A stretch of 63,995 nucleotides of DNA. Source: an uncultured Oscillospiraceae bacterium (GTDB lineage Bacteria; Bacillota; Clostridia; Oscillospirales; Ruminococcaceae). Below, one piece after another: positions 9,063-17,910 of this stretch. A model generated the notes under the pieces. The model made no database searches. It saw only the letters and a program-made list of their open reading frames with translations, and was not told the origin of the DNA. The stretch's first letter is position 1; every line of letters starts with the position of its first letter. The stretch lies in contig CAYJJK010000002.1 in assembly GCA_964370445.1 (NCBI GenBank), positions 13,934 to 77,928 on the forward strand, in the 5' to 3' direction. Position numbers and translations under genes: made by a program.

Positions 9063-9113
9063 TCCTTTTCTTGTTTATATTGTGAAAATTCATTTTAAAT
9101 ATATCACATTTTG

Positions 9114-10109
9114 TCATATCAGCACTGAACCAGTGATAACAGCCTCGTGCACTGCACCAGCCAAAGTAAACGTAAAGCGCCCTTCCACATAACGCCTTTG
9201 TGCTCGGTCCTCAGCCTTTGTTTGGCTACGAGAAGCATATGACACAGAGAAATCAGGCTGTCCATCGTCTTTTTGTGCAATCAACCCCTCCGCATACGCA
9301 TCACTTAGAACACCAAGGCAAATGCCTTCAAGCTGTGCTATGCCACGGTTGTCGTAGGGAACTTTCTTCTCCTGATTCAGTAGTGATTGTGTGCGCGATA
9401 CAAGCCTACTCACGATTATATCTCGTGCATCTACCACATCTAAATATTCGCCACTGGTGGCCATACCCTCGCTTGTCACCACATCTCCGGCTTTTTCAAG
9501 GGGCACCACACCCCCTGCTTCATGTGTTTGTTCCAGCTGCTCAGTCGATATATTTTGCGCATCAATGGCATTTAGTTGCAAATTTTTATAACTAAACCCA
9601 CCCATAGCCAACCCCGATGATGCACCCACAACGGCTGCAGCAGCACCTTGCATTTCTGGGTCCAACACAAGAAACAAACGGTCAAAATTCAATTCCGGAG
9701 ATAATTGCTCTACATTTTCTATAGATGCAAACAACACTTTATCTTCATAAGTTTGCAAAAACTGTGCAATAGACTCTACCGTATTCTCTTCCTCACTTTC
9801 GCTACAGATAAGCAACTGTCTCCAATTTTCATTTAGACAAGTCGAAACTCCGTTGATAGCTCCCCCCAAGGAACAACAGATGGCAATTTCTTGCGGGGCA
9901 TTTTCTTGCAGGAATAGCACATTTGCCCATTGCAGTATACGGCTATTTTCAGGAACATTGTTTTGCACTTCCTCAATGCTTGTGCAAATCGTATACGGTA
10001 CCTCACTGGTAGAATAGCCATAAAACAGCAATGGTACAGCATTTTCGAAACTGTGGAAATTGTTCACCTGCTCAATTTTTACACTTACATCTTGAATCAT
10101 TTTCAACAT
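9114..10109 (-). CDS. Contractile tail sheath protein (short form, 331 aa)
   Basis: Lies upstream of the tube. The C-terminal KKVPYDNRGIAQLEGICLGVLSDAYAEGLI...RYVEGRFTFTLAGAVHEAVITG resembles the sheath C-terminal domain. Confidence 0.7.
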   Translation of the reverse strand: MLKMIQDVSVKIEQVNNFHSFENAVPLLFYGYSTSEVPYTICTSIEEVQNNVPENSRILQWANVLFLQENAPQEIAICCSLGGAINGVSTCLNENWRQLLICSESEEENTVESIAQFLQTYEDKVLFASIENVEQLSPELNFDRLFLVLDPEMQGAAAAVVGASSGLAMGGFSYKNLQLNAIDAQNISTEQLEQTHEAGGVVPLEKAGDVVTSEGMATSGEYLDVVDARDIIVSRLVSRTQSLLNQEKKVPYDNRGIAQLEGICLGVLSDAYAEGLIAQKDDGQPDFSVSYASRSQTKAEDRAQRRYVEGRFTFTLAGAVHEAVITGSVLI

Positions 10110-10582
10110 CCTTTCTCATTTTCTATACACGGAAATTGCACCTCTTCAATACACCCTTCCGCTTCTGCTTGCGCTATAGCCAGCAAAAACAGAATTTCAA
10201 CCTCAAATCCAACGCGGAACTCATGTGTGCTGCCCATCAAGGAAGTTCGCAATTGTAAATTTGAAAATGTCCCCACACAAAGACCAAAATTTTCTGCAAC
10301 AACTCTTCCCTCTGTCAATAACCATACCTGCGCTTGTCTGGCCAAAGAATACGCACCATCATTTGTATTCGCTATGAAATGAAAGCTAAGTTTACGACTA
10401 TCTTGCCAAAAAGTCCCCTCATTATCCTCACAACTGGTTCCTTTGGGTGCTCCTTGCTCAGTCAAATAGGACACAGTAACATAAGGTATTGACGGTATCT
10501 TATTGCTTCGTCGCATTTCCACAAGGGGGCAGTCAAGTGTATTTTGTAATTCCTGCAACCATTCGTCAAAAATAAGCTCCAT
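10103..10582 (-). CDS. Tail terminator / tail completion protein
   Basis: 159 aa, immediately upstream of the sheath with a 7-nt overlap. Assigned by position. Confidence 0.45.
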   Translation of the reverse strand: MELIFDEWLQELQNTLDCPLVEMRRSNKIPSIPYVTVSYLTEQGAPKGTSCEDNEGTFWQDSRKLSFHFIANTNDGAYSLARQAQVWLLTEGRVVAENFGLCVGTFSNLQLRTSLMGSTHEFRVGFEVEILFLLAIAQAEAEGCIEEVQFPCIENEKGC

Positions 10583-10941
10583 TATATCACCCCCTCAGTA
10601 AGCTCACTTTCATCGCTAACAAGACGTAATTGATACAGAAATACATCCGATAATTCGCCAAAATCTCTTTCTCTTACCACCTCATAAACACATCCATCAA
10701 ACTCAATTTTCAGCGATGCCAGGCTCACATTTGTGTCACCAATATTACGCAGATTTTGCATAGTTATCAGATCCCTCTGTGCCTCAGCTCTCAACCCTCC
10801 ATAGCCTTCCTCAAAACTTTCAGTTTTTGCCATCATCACCCCCCTAAACTCCCGCCTACCCTCCCCTGCAACAATCCACATTTTTTTGCTATTATCTTCA
10901 AATTGTCGTATAATTCGTGCAAACGAAAATGCTGCTGACAA
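10582..10941 (-). CDS. Head-tail joining protein (hypothetical)
   Basis: 119 aa, with a 1-nt overlap with the next gene. Assigned only by synteny. Confidence 0.4.
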   Translation of the reverse strand: MSAAFSFARIIRQFEDNSKKMWIVAGEGRREFRGVMMAKTESFEEGYGGLRAEAQRDLITMQNLRNIGDTNVSLASLKIEFDGCVYEVVRERDFGELSDVFLYQLRLVSDESELTEGVI

Positions 10942-10959
10942 AAAAACACCTCCTAATTT

Positions 10960-11430
10960 TTATCGCACCTCATACCGTATACCATTCACCATCTCTCCAC
11001 TACCAATCAGTGGTATCGTCCCCTCTGAAAGTGGAAAATCCTGCTTTGGTGGATCTATACCTGCTTGTACATAGTTTTGAATCCCCTGGCTCAAAAATTT
11101 GCCTAGCGATGATAAATCAGATTCAACCGCATTCGTTGAACACCAAATATCAGCGGCTCTACTCCCCAGTTGACTTCGGATGGAATCATAGCCACTACGC
11201 AAAAATGCTCGCTCCGGAATATTTAAAAAATGTGTATTTTTCTTAAAATGAACCCCTTTTGTATGCATAAACTTCCTCATTTTTTCAGTCACAGGGACTT
11301 GACAACCAAATTCATGAATCCGCGCTAAAAAAGCATGTTTACCACTCACTCCTGCTACGACGCTACGATTTTCTAATGCTTTATCGCGTTTCCACAATAG
11401 CGAGTTCACTTTTGTTGTTTTTAAACGCAT
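10960..11430 (-). CDS. HK97 gp10-like / virion morphogenesis-type head-tail protein
   Basis: The track ORF 10960-11487 is probably over-extended. The likely start is MRLKTTKVNSLLWKRDKALENRS. AFLARIHEFG...IPERAFLRSG resembles the gp10-type motif. Confidence 0.5.
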   Translation of the reverse strand: MRLKTTKVNSLLWKRDKALENRSVVAGVSGKHAFLARIHEFGCQVPVTEKMRKFMHTKGVHFKKNTHFLNIPERAFLRSGYDSIRSQLGSRAADIWCSTNAVESDLSSLGKFLSQGIQNYVQAGIDPPKQDFPLSEGTIPLIGSGEMVNGIRYEVR

Positions 11431-11458
11431 CGTCACTTTCACACAATCACCCTCTACT

Positions 11459-11833
11459 CTATGATTTGTATCGGTCTTGTGCCTCAATCACCTCAATTGG
11501 TGTATACCACGGGTGTAAAAGCTCGCTAGCCAATTGACGCAACAAATTATCAAGTCCATGTGATACAGCAAACGCCTGTGTTAATCCTGCTTGACTTAAA
11601 CCCGCCATACGTTCGCTTAAAATGCCACAAGACAATCCCGAATGTAAAATTTCTCGAAATCGTAGTAAAAATAATTGAACATTCGGCGGCGTCTCAAGAT
11701 AATCATCAAAACGAAATAAACTATGTTGTTCTACCCATGCACATCCGGCCAAAATCTCCAACTGTTCTTCTTCGCCAAGCTCATCTTTTCCCGGCAATGT
11801 GATTCTTTGCAAAAATTCTAGATTATATTCCAT
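11459..11833 (-). CDS. Head-tail connector (gp6-like) protein
   Basis: 124 aa. It starts 11 nt after the portal stop, with SD AAAGGGGTAAAA. Confidence 0.4.
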   Translation of the reverse strand: MEYNLEFLQRITLPGKDELGEEEQLEILAGCAWVEQHSLFRFDDYLETPPNVQLFLLRFREILHSGLSCGILSERMAGLSQAGLTQAFAVSHGLDNLLRQLASELLHPWYTPIEVIEAQDRYKS

Positions 11834-11844
11834 TTTTACCCCTT

Positions 11845-13209
11845 TTATGTTAAAATATCCTCATTTTCATTTTCCAACAGATAATTAAGGTCATCAGCAA
11901 ACGGAAGCTGTGCAAAGGCAGAGCGGCGTGGAACCCCAGCGTCAACTAATGTTTTCACAGCCTGAGCCTCTTGTGCTAAATCTAGCGGGAAATTGCGATG
12001 AAACTCTACAATGCATTGCAGTGGATCTGCCTCAATTCCTCTTTTTTTCCAAACTGAACACAAAAGTCGAAACATATAATTTGATGCAGCATTCATTTTC
12101 GCCTGCCACATACCACATTTTGTCTCTAAACCAGACATTTTGAATTTTAGTGCAACTCCGGAACTATTGCCCGAAAAGTTGTTTTCCTGTAAATTTGGCG
12201 TCTTCGAAAATCGATAAATATTATCCTGCAATCGGTTAAGATGATGCTCTAAAAAATCATCATTCACATCCTTTGTAACAAAATATATCTTTCCAGAGGA
12301 CGATGGACCATTAAAAAAGCGGATTGCACCACTGCGCTGTGCTAATCGTAACTGCTCATCGGAAATATCAACATTTTCAAATACCATGTAGGCTGAGGCA
12401 AAACTTTCACATTCGTTATTTGCATCTGACAAGGCCCTGTCATAGGCGTCTATCAATGGAAGCTGTTTTTCGGCATCAGCCACCAGTTCACTATTGTTTG
12501 GTATAATTTGAAGTGGACAAAAATCAAACAAATGAGCTTGTGGCTCCTCCAGCATAGACAACTTATCGAGCTGTTCTCCAAAATAACGCCAACGATGTGT
12601 TTTATCAAACACTTCTGCATAATATCCATTTTTTCCATTTACTACTTTGTTAAAATAGCGCACAGCAGCTGCTGGCTCACACAATTCCGATGCCGAAACT
12701 ACCGCAACCTCAAATGGCAACACAGATATACACCGTTCAAGCCCATCTGTATCAAAATACAACATACGTGCTGAGTATCCACAACAAGCAGCTAGTTTTG
12801 TACACTGCATATCTACATCAAACATGTTGCTACGCACCACAAAGTCACTTAGTGCTTTTTCTGCCAAAGCAGGCCCTTCGGCCTCTTCTCCTGGTGCATA
12901 GCTGTAAGCAAAAGCACGACCAGCAAAATAGCCTGTTTTAACATCCACGATTTCACCAAAAAAATCGTTTGATAGACGATTGTTTATCGGGTTGGAATCC
13001 ACATGAAATCGTGGTGATCGCGTGTAAATAGGCACAGCATCGCCCCTGTATCGCTGATAAAGAGAACGGTCAAATTCTGCACGGTGCTGATGTTTTTCTA
13101 TCACACGTCTCACCCAATCGGCTGTTACACCATCGTTTTGCAGCAATAGCAACTCCTCATTATAGTCCGGGTAAACCTCACGTGAAGATCGTACAATTGG
13201 TCTTGCCAT
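11845..13209 (-). CDS. Portal protein, SPP1 gp6 family
   Basis: About 454 aa. The start is ATG 13209, behind GGAGGTG. Motifs: PINNRLSNDFFGEIVDVKTGYFAGRAF, IDAYDRALSDANNECESFASAYMVF, NLQENNFSGNSSGVALKFK. Confidence 0.8.
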   Translation of the reverse strand: MARPIVRSSREVYPDYNEELLLLQNDGVTADWVRRVIEKHQHRAEFDRSLYQRYRGDAVPIYTRSPRFHVDSNPINNRLSNDFFGEIVDVKTGYFAGRAFAYSYAPGEEAEGPALAEKALSDFVVRSNMFDVDMQCTKLAACCGYSARMLYFDTDGLERCISVLPFEVAVVSASELCEPAAAVRYFNKVVNGKNGYYAEVFDKTHRWRYFGEQLDKLSMLEEPQAHLFDFCPLQIIPNNSELVADAEKQLPLIDAYDRALSDANNECESFASAYMVFENVDISDEQLRLAQRSGAIRFFNGPSSSGKIYFVTKDVNDDFLEHHLNRLQDNIYRFSKTPNLQENNFSGNSSGVALKFKMSGLETKCGMWQAKMNAASNYMFRLLCSVWKKRGIEADPLQCIVEFHRNFPLDLAQEAQAVKTLVDAGVPRRSAFAQLPFADDLNYLLENENEDILT

Positions 13210-13281
13210 GTTGGCACCTCCAGTTTTCATTTATAGTCATAATTCATCATCATAGCTATGTGTATTATTTCCGCCTAAGTA

Positions 13282-14667
13282 CTACAATCGAAATGCAGCG
13301 GTAGCTCGTGCCCCCAAACAAAGATCCTCTACAGCATATCGAAGAGCATCCATCAAATGATTATTTTGTTCGTTGGGCCGAGGTAAAAATCCACCATGTT
13401 TATCCTCTTGCCAGCGATAAGAAGCCATTTCTTTTGCTGTATTGGGACAATTGGGACTCACCAATATTTCGAAGCCTTGCAGAAAGCGCAAACCAAAACG
13501 AACGCTGTCAGGACCTTTTACTGCCGGCACAGCATTTATACCGCGCCGACACAGGTCACTAATGGCTTTTGGATCTGCCGAATCACACACCACCACATCT
13601 TTTCGAACATACTTTTGAACTTCATCGGCCAACTCATCATCGTGCAGGCCCCCACGTAAAAGCTCTGCAAAAATAAAAAGTTGTTTTTGTGCCAAATTTA
13701 CCCAGCATCCCAAAAGTGCATTCGGGTCACTTGAAAAACCAAAATCAAGACCCCAGCGCGGGCTATTTTGCCCCATTTGAGGTAAGGTTTCCACACGCCA
13801 ATTTTTAAATACGGCACCTTCTAAACTTGCCCAATGTCCTTTTGTGAAAACTTCATAATACCAAGGATCTTTTTCTTGTTCCAACGCCTCTCTATCTCCA
13901 TTGTCTAGACAGCAATTATCAATATGTGTTGTTCTTAATATTATTTTTTGTTCATCCTGCACTACACCAGCAGTTTCATCAAAACCTTCAAAAAACTCCT
14001 TCCAAATCCAGTGTTCTTTTCCAAGTGGGTTGAAACTCAGTGTTATGCGTTTTTGTAAATGTAGTATTTCCTCTTTTCCATCTCCTTCATACAAGAAAAC
14101 AGGATTTTGTACATCATCTTTTTTATTCTCGTTTTTTTCTTTTTGCTTCACAGTATTCGATATTTTATTGTTTTTAATTTGCAGCTCGTGCAAAGCTTGT
14201 ACTTTATTTGCTGATATTCCCCGTAAGCGTTTGCTTAGCAATTTGTAAGAACGATAACTCACCTCAGTGGCTTCTTCTATCCAAATATCCGTCAAGACGC
14301 CTTTTTTGGGAGTAATACTTTTAAGTTTCTCCACATCATCCAGCCCTGCAAACAAAGACTGACAACCGGTTGTTACACATGTGAGTACCAAGTCTGATGT
14401 ATGAAAGGAAAATTCTTCACTGAGGCCGGCCTCGGTAATCACCTTCATAATTTGATTGCACACACTATTTCGCAAAGTTCTTGCCACATTTCGCACAATA
14501 AGATAATTCCTCTCTCCACGCAACAAATCTAAAACGCATCGTTGGGCTAAAAATGTCGATTTCCCACTGGCAGCACCCCCATAATAAATTTGCAATGTTT
14601 TGTTCGACTCTAGAAACGGTGCATACACTTCATTGATAAACATCTCACTCATGTTGTTTTTCTCCAC
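13282..14667 (-). CDS. Terminase large subunit, PBSX (XtmB) family
   Basis: Walker A YYGGAASGKST, Walker B LTDIWIEEA, nuclease part GLDFGFSSDPNAL...NHLMDALRYA. It carries a Lys-rich insertion of about 55 aa (see findings). Confidence 0.85.
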   Translation of the reverse strand: MEKNNMSEMFINEVYAPFLESNKTLQIYYGGAASGKSTFLAQRCVLDLLRGERNYLIVRNVARTLRNSVCNQIMKVITEAGLSEEFSFHTSDLVLTCVTTGCQSLFAGLDDVEKLKSITPKKGVLTDIWIEEATEVSYRSYKLLSKRLRGISANKVQALHELQIKNNKISNTVKQKEKNENKKDDVQNPVFLYEGDGKEEILHLQKRITLSFNPLGKEHWIWKEFFEGFDETAGVVQDEQKIILRTTHIDNCCLDNGDREALEQEKDPWYYEVFTKGHWASLEGAVFKNWRVETLPQMGQNSPRWGLDFGFSSDPNALLGCWVNLAQKQLFIFAELLRGGLHDDELADEVQKYVRKDVVVCDSADPKAISDLCRRGINAVPAVKGPDSVRFGLRFLQGFEILVSPNCPNTAKEMASYRWQEDKHGGFLPRPNEQNNHLMDALRYAVEDLCLGARATAAFRL

Positions 14668-14875
14668 CTGTCTTTGCTAAAACATGCACATATAAATGTC
14701 GCTGCACCTCCTGTGTTTGCTCTCCAATATTGGCCAGCTTGCACAAAATTTCCATTGCTTTAATTTGCTCGCTCACCTTCGGCGCACACTCCCAAACGTA
14801 TGCCTCAGGAAAAGCAATTCGCTCCATCGCTTCAAACACACGTGCTTCCAAACTTTTTTTTCGAGCCATCTGCAT
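14645..14875 (-). CDS. Small phage protein in the terminase-small-subunit position (76 aa)
   Basis: ATG 14875 lies behind a strong SD, GAGGAGGGA. It overlaps the terL start by 23 nt. It is much shorter than normal TerS proteins, so the function is uncertain. Confidence 0.4.
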   Translation of the reverse strand: MQMARKKSLEARVFEAMERIAFPEAYVWECAPKVSEQIKAMEILCKLANIGEQTQEVQRHLYVHVLAKTGGEKQHE

Positions 14876-15331
14876 TCCCTCCTCTATAGGTAGCACTGTT
14901 TTCGCAAAGTTTTTCGGCAACTATATGAAAATAGCTTACATTCTGCTTATTTAACTCATTTATACCTTGATATTGCTATAGAAACTCCCTGTAACCGTTG
15001 CCACTCATCTTCCAAGTTCTTAGCTCCACGCTACACACTATGGTTTTCGGACGTCCTATTCCCAATAAATAGATTCATAATTTTGTACATTTAACTGCTG
15101 TTTAAGGCTCAAATTCATAAAATGAAAATGTGTCCCCAGCAAAGGTTTCTTTTTATAATAACCTCTGCTTTTCAATACTTTCGAATCTTTTACGCTTTAC
15201 TCTCGCATCAATTCTCTAACACCTCATTATTTCTCATGTTTATACAAACTTTTTTGGCCGTCCCAAGGCACTTTCTAAACGCATTAAGCACACCAAGTGA
15301 AAATCTGTTCCAAAATTAAGCTACAGCTTGC

Positions 15332-15541
15332 TTATTGAAAAATTTTTGTACCTGCACAAAATATTTCACTTCCAGCCCCTGTTCCGGTAGAGCAAATGCA
15401 CCTCAGCTTGCACCATCCTTTACTATCCTCCAAACACTCCACCTTAAACAACACCCCACATTCTTTATATGCACGCACAAAACGAGGCATTTCTTCCCAT
15501 TTCACCCATACAATTTTTGTTATGAGCTGGCTTTCACTCAT
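15332..15541 (-). CDS. Hypothetical early phage protein (69 aa)
   Basis: Perfect SD, GAAGGAGGTTTTAA-ATG. It is co-oriented with, and 14 nt downstream of, the 54-aa ORF. Confidence 0.55.
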   Translation of the reverse strand: MSESQLITKIVWVKWEEMPRFVRAYKECGVLFKVECLEDSKGWCKLRCICSTGTGAGSEIFCAGTKIFQ

Positions 15542-15555
15542 TTAAAACCTCCTTC

Positions 15556-15720
15556 TTACGCCTTTTTAAATTGATTTTGCCAATGCTCTGCCCAATCCTC
15601 CGGCTCTATAGACACCAAACATTCACTACAGCCGGCCACATTTCCACTATGTCGATATACAAAAATCTCTTGTGGCCACCCTAGTTCCTTCCCACAAACA
15701 GTACAAAATATTTTTTCCAT
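15556..15720 (-). CDS. Small zinc-ribbon-like protein (54 aa); first gene leftward from the switch region
   Basis: Below the track cutoff. My translation is MEKIFCTVCGKELGWPQEIFVYRHSGNVAGCSECLVSIEPEDWAEHWQNQFKKA (CxxC...CxxC). SD is GGGGAAAAGTGG. Confidence 0.55.
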   Translation of the reverse strand: MEKIFCTVCGKELGWPQEIFVYRHSGNVAGCSECLVSIEPEDWAEHWQNQFKKA

Positions 15721-15780
15721 CCACTTTTCCCCTTGACACGTTCAGTCTACTGTACTAAGATTAAAGTACACCTTGAAATT

Positions 15781-15860
15781 GTTCAGTATTTTGTCTGTGC
15801 TATTTATAATAATACAAAATTCTGAACTTGTCAATTGTGAATATGTACAAAATTCAGAAC
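15781..15860. promoter_or_regulatory. Genetic-switch operator cluster between divergent early genes
   Basis: Three copies of a 14-nt motif: GTTCAGTATTTTGT (15781-15794, inverted), ACAAAATTCTGAAC (15814-15827) and ACAAAATTCAGAAC (15847-15860). TTGACA-17-TAAGAT lies at 15733-15761. Confidence 0.6.
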
Positions 15861-15875
15861 ATTTTGGAGGCACTC

Positions 15876-16244
15876 ATGTCAGAATTGTATGAAAGAATTG
15901 ATGAATTATGTCGCCAACGAGGAATAAGTGGGGCAAAAATGGCGGGCGATTTAGGTCTAAGTCGCAGTAGCCTTTCTGAGCTACGCAGTGGACGTAGCCA
16001 GTCCTTTCGCATGGAAACCATGCGAAAAATTGCACAATACTTTAATGTAACAGTAGACCAATTGCTAAATAATGCGCCAACGGCGTCAATCACATCAGAG
16101 CCTCAGGCAGTAAGCGACAGCCAGTTTGCCACTTTTGTGGGTAAAATTCATGAACGTGGCATGGATATGGGCGAGTTTGATGAGGATGATTTTGAGGATA
16201 TTGCCGATTTCATGAAACTATTAAAGCGAAAAAAAGATCGATAA
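15876..16244 (+). CDS. XRE-family (Cro/CI-type) repressor
   Basis: The real start is ATG 15876, behind GGAGG; the track start at 15828 is a TTG extension. MSELYERIDELCRQRGISGAKMAGDLGLSRSSLSELRSGRSQSFRMETMRKIAQYFNVTVDQLL is an HTH_3 domain. Confidence 0.85.
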   Translation: MSELYERIDELCRQRGISGAKMAGDLGLSRSSLSELRSGRSQSFRMETMRKIAQYFNVTVDQLLNNAPTASITSEPQAVSDSQFATFVGKIHERGMDMGEFDEDDFEDIADFMKLLKRKKDR

Positions 16245-16256
16245 CAGGTACTCATA

Positions 16257-16679
16257 ATGAAAAACAATCTCTATCCAGATTTGCTACAAGTTTATGCCGA
16301 ATTTGAAAAGTTAAACATTGAGATTGTGCCAACACGCTTTCGCAAGCAAACCGCCCTTTCGCATCCGGATGGGCTCACGGCCATAGATTACAGCAAATTG
16401 GATGACTCCAGCGAGGAGCTTGCAGTCTTGCTCCATGAACTCGGCCATTATTTTCGCGGTTTTTATTCGTTAGAATGTGATATTATGTGTAGAGCACAAG
16501 TGGAGGATCGTGCTGTTCGCGCAGTGTATGAGCGATTTTACCCTCCTATCCTTTTGCAAACACTCATGCAACAGGGCTGTGTTGAATGTTGGCAGCTGGC
16601 AGAGCATCTAAATCTTCCCGAAGAATTTGTACACGATATGCTACATTATTATAGAGAGATTCGTGGTATTTCATTTTAG
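16257..16679 (+). CDS. ImmA/IrrE-family metallopeptidase (anti-repressor protease)
   Basis: LLHELGHYF is an HExxH motif. It lies directly downstream of the XRE gene, as in immR-immA pairs. Confidence 0.75.
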   Translation: MKNNLYPDLLQVYAEFEKLNIEIVPTRFRKQTALSHPDGLTAIDYSKLDDSSEELAVLLHELGHYFRGFYSLECDIMCRAQVEDRAVRAVYERFYPPILLQTLMQQGCVECWQLAEHLNLPEEFVHDMLHYYREIRGISF

Positions 16680-16751
16680 ATTTTATTGTATATAATGCTA
16701 TTTTCACTTTTTTAATGTGTTGTTGGCGCGGTTTGATTGTTTTATTTGCAA

Positions 16752-16795
16752 GAAAATCCCTCGCCCATAAATAGGCGAGGGATTTTCTGTTTTCT
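16752..16795 (+). terminator. Rho-independent terminator after the XRE/ImmA operon
   Basis: GAAAATCCCTCGCC-cataaata-GGCGAGGGATTTTC followed by TGTTTTC. Confidence 0.8.
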
Positions 16796-16828
16796 TTACT
16801 CCATGCAAGGGATTACCAAAAGTTAAGC

Positions 16829-17017
16829 TCACAAAACACGTACATCTACAGCGTCTGGCTGTGACATAGAGTCTACCGTGGATTCAGAGCTAATTCCGTC
16901 TGAGACTGAGACGTCTGAAGAGGCTTCGCTTTAAATTTCGGTAGAAATACAAGCGGCTAATACGGAAAATGAAAGCGCTATTGCACACAACAAAACTGCA
17001 GTTATATTCATCATCAT
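16829..17017 (-). pseudogene. Lipoprotein signal peptide ORF interrupted by an in-frame stop (28 aa + stop + 33 aa)
   Basis: My translation is MMMNITAVLLCAIALSFSVLAACISTEI-stop-SEASSDVSVSDGISSESTVDSMSQPDAVDVRVL. The lipobox is LAAC and the SD is GAAAGG. Confidence 0.3.
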
Positions 17018-17138
17018 ACGCCTTTCTATTTTGGGCACACCGTATCACATGGTTAAATATTTATCAAATCTTGTGCTGTCTATAAAAAGCGATTCATGAA
17101 CAAATATTCTATATCTACAAACGTGAAAGGAACAGGAA

Positions 17139-17690
17139 ATGATAGAACTTAAAAGGATTCAAAACAGCAACACCGATGAGTTTGAAAGGTGTTTTAGCAT
17201 TTATCAAAACAGTTTCCCCATCTTTGAGCAACGAACACGACATGATCAAATAGAAGCACTGAAAAATCGTGAATATCACTTTGAGGTCATCCAAAATGAT
17301 ATGAAAGAAACCCTAGGGTTACTGCTCACATGGCAAACCGATGCATTTGTTTACGTAGAGCACCTTGCAGTTTTAGAAAGCGCACGAGGGGGCAGCATCG
17401 GCACAAGAGCTCTCGAGCTTTTGCTTAACAAAACGGCTGTTCCCATCATTTTAGAAATCGATCCACCCATTGATGAAATTTCGATAAGACGTAAAGGATT
17501 TTACGAGAGGTTGGGCTTTGCACTCACAGAACACAAGCATATTCATCCCTCTTATAAAAAGAACACACACCCACATGAACTAAAAATTTTATCCCTGCCC
17601 AAAATAGATCAGGCGCAATACGAAGCATTTTATACCTACATGCTCCAAACTGTAATGCGCTATTCCGAACGCTATGTAGAACAACGATAG
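17139..17690 (+). CDS. GNAT-family N-acetyltransferase
   Basis: 183 aa. VEHLAVLESARGGSIGTRALELLL...FYERLGF matches acetyl-CoA binding motif A. Confidence 0.7.
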   Translation: MIELKRIQNSNTDEFERCFSIYQNSFPIFEQRTRHDQIEALKNREYHFEVIQNDMKETLGLLLTWQTDAFVYVEHLAVLESARGGSIGTRALELLLNKTAVPIILEIDPPIDEISIRRKGFYERLGFALTEHKHIHPSYKKNTHPHELKILSLPKIDQAQYEAFYTYMLQTVMRYSERYVEQR

Positions 17691-17910
17691 CGCAAAAAAC
17701 AGCCAAACCAGGCAAAATTTCAGCTCTACATCGTCATTGAAAAAATCGGCTCATTTCATACAAAACACACATCATCAGTTAGAACATCGTAACATTCCAC
17801 GATTTTGTGCAATTTCAAGTATGAAATAAGCCTAGGTTTTACCACTATTTTATTCTAAAGTGCCGGTTAGTGTCACTGTAACCTATTTAAAATCCAATAT
17901 TTTATGCACC

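Larger units (their letters stand above)
1447..16679. mobile_element. PBSX-like contractile-tail prophage-derived element (defective or domesticated; lacks integrase, replication, capsid and fibre genes)
   Basis: A contiguous, tightly packed minus-strand late operon from terminase to holin, plus a plus-strand XRE/ImmA pair. See the individual CDS entries. Confidence 0.8.
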
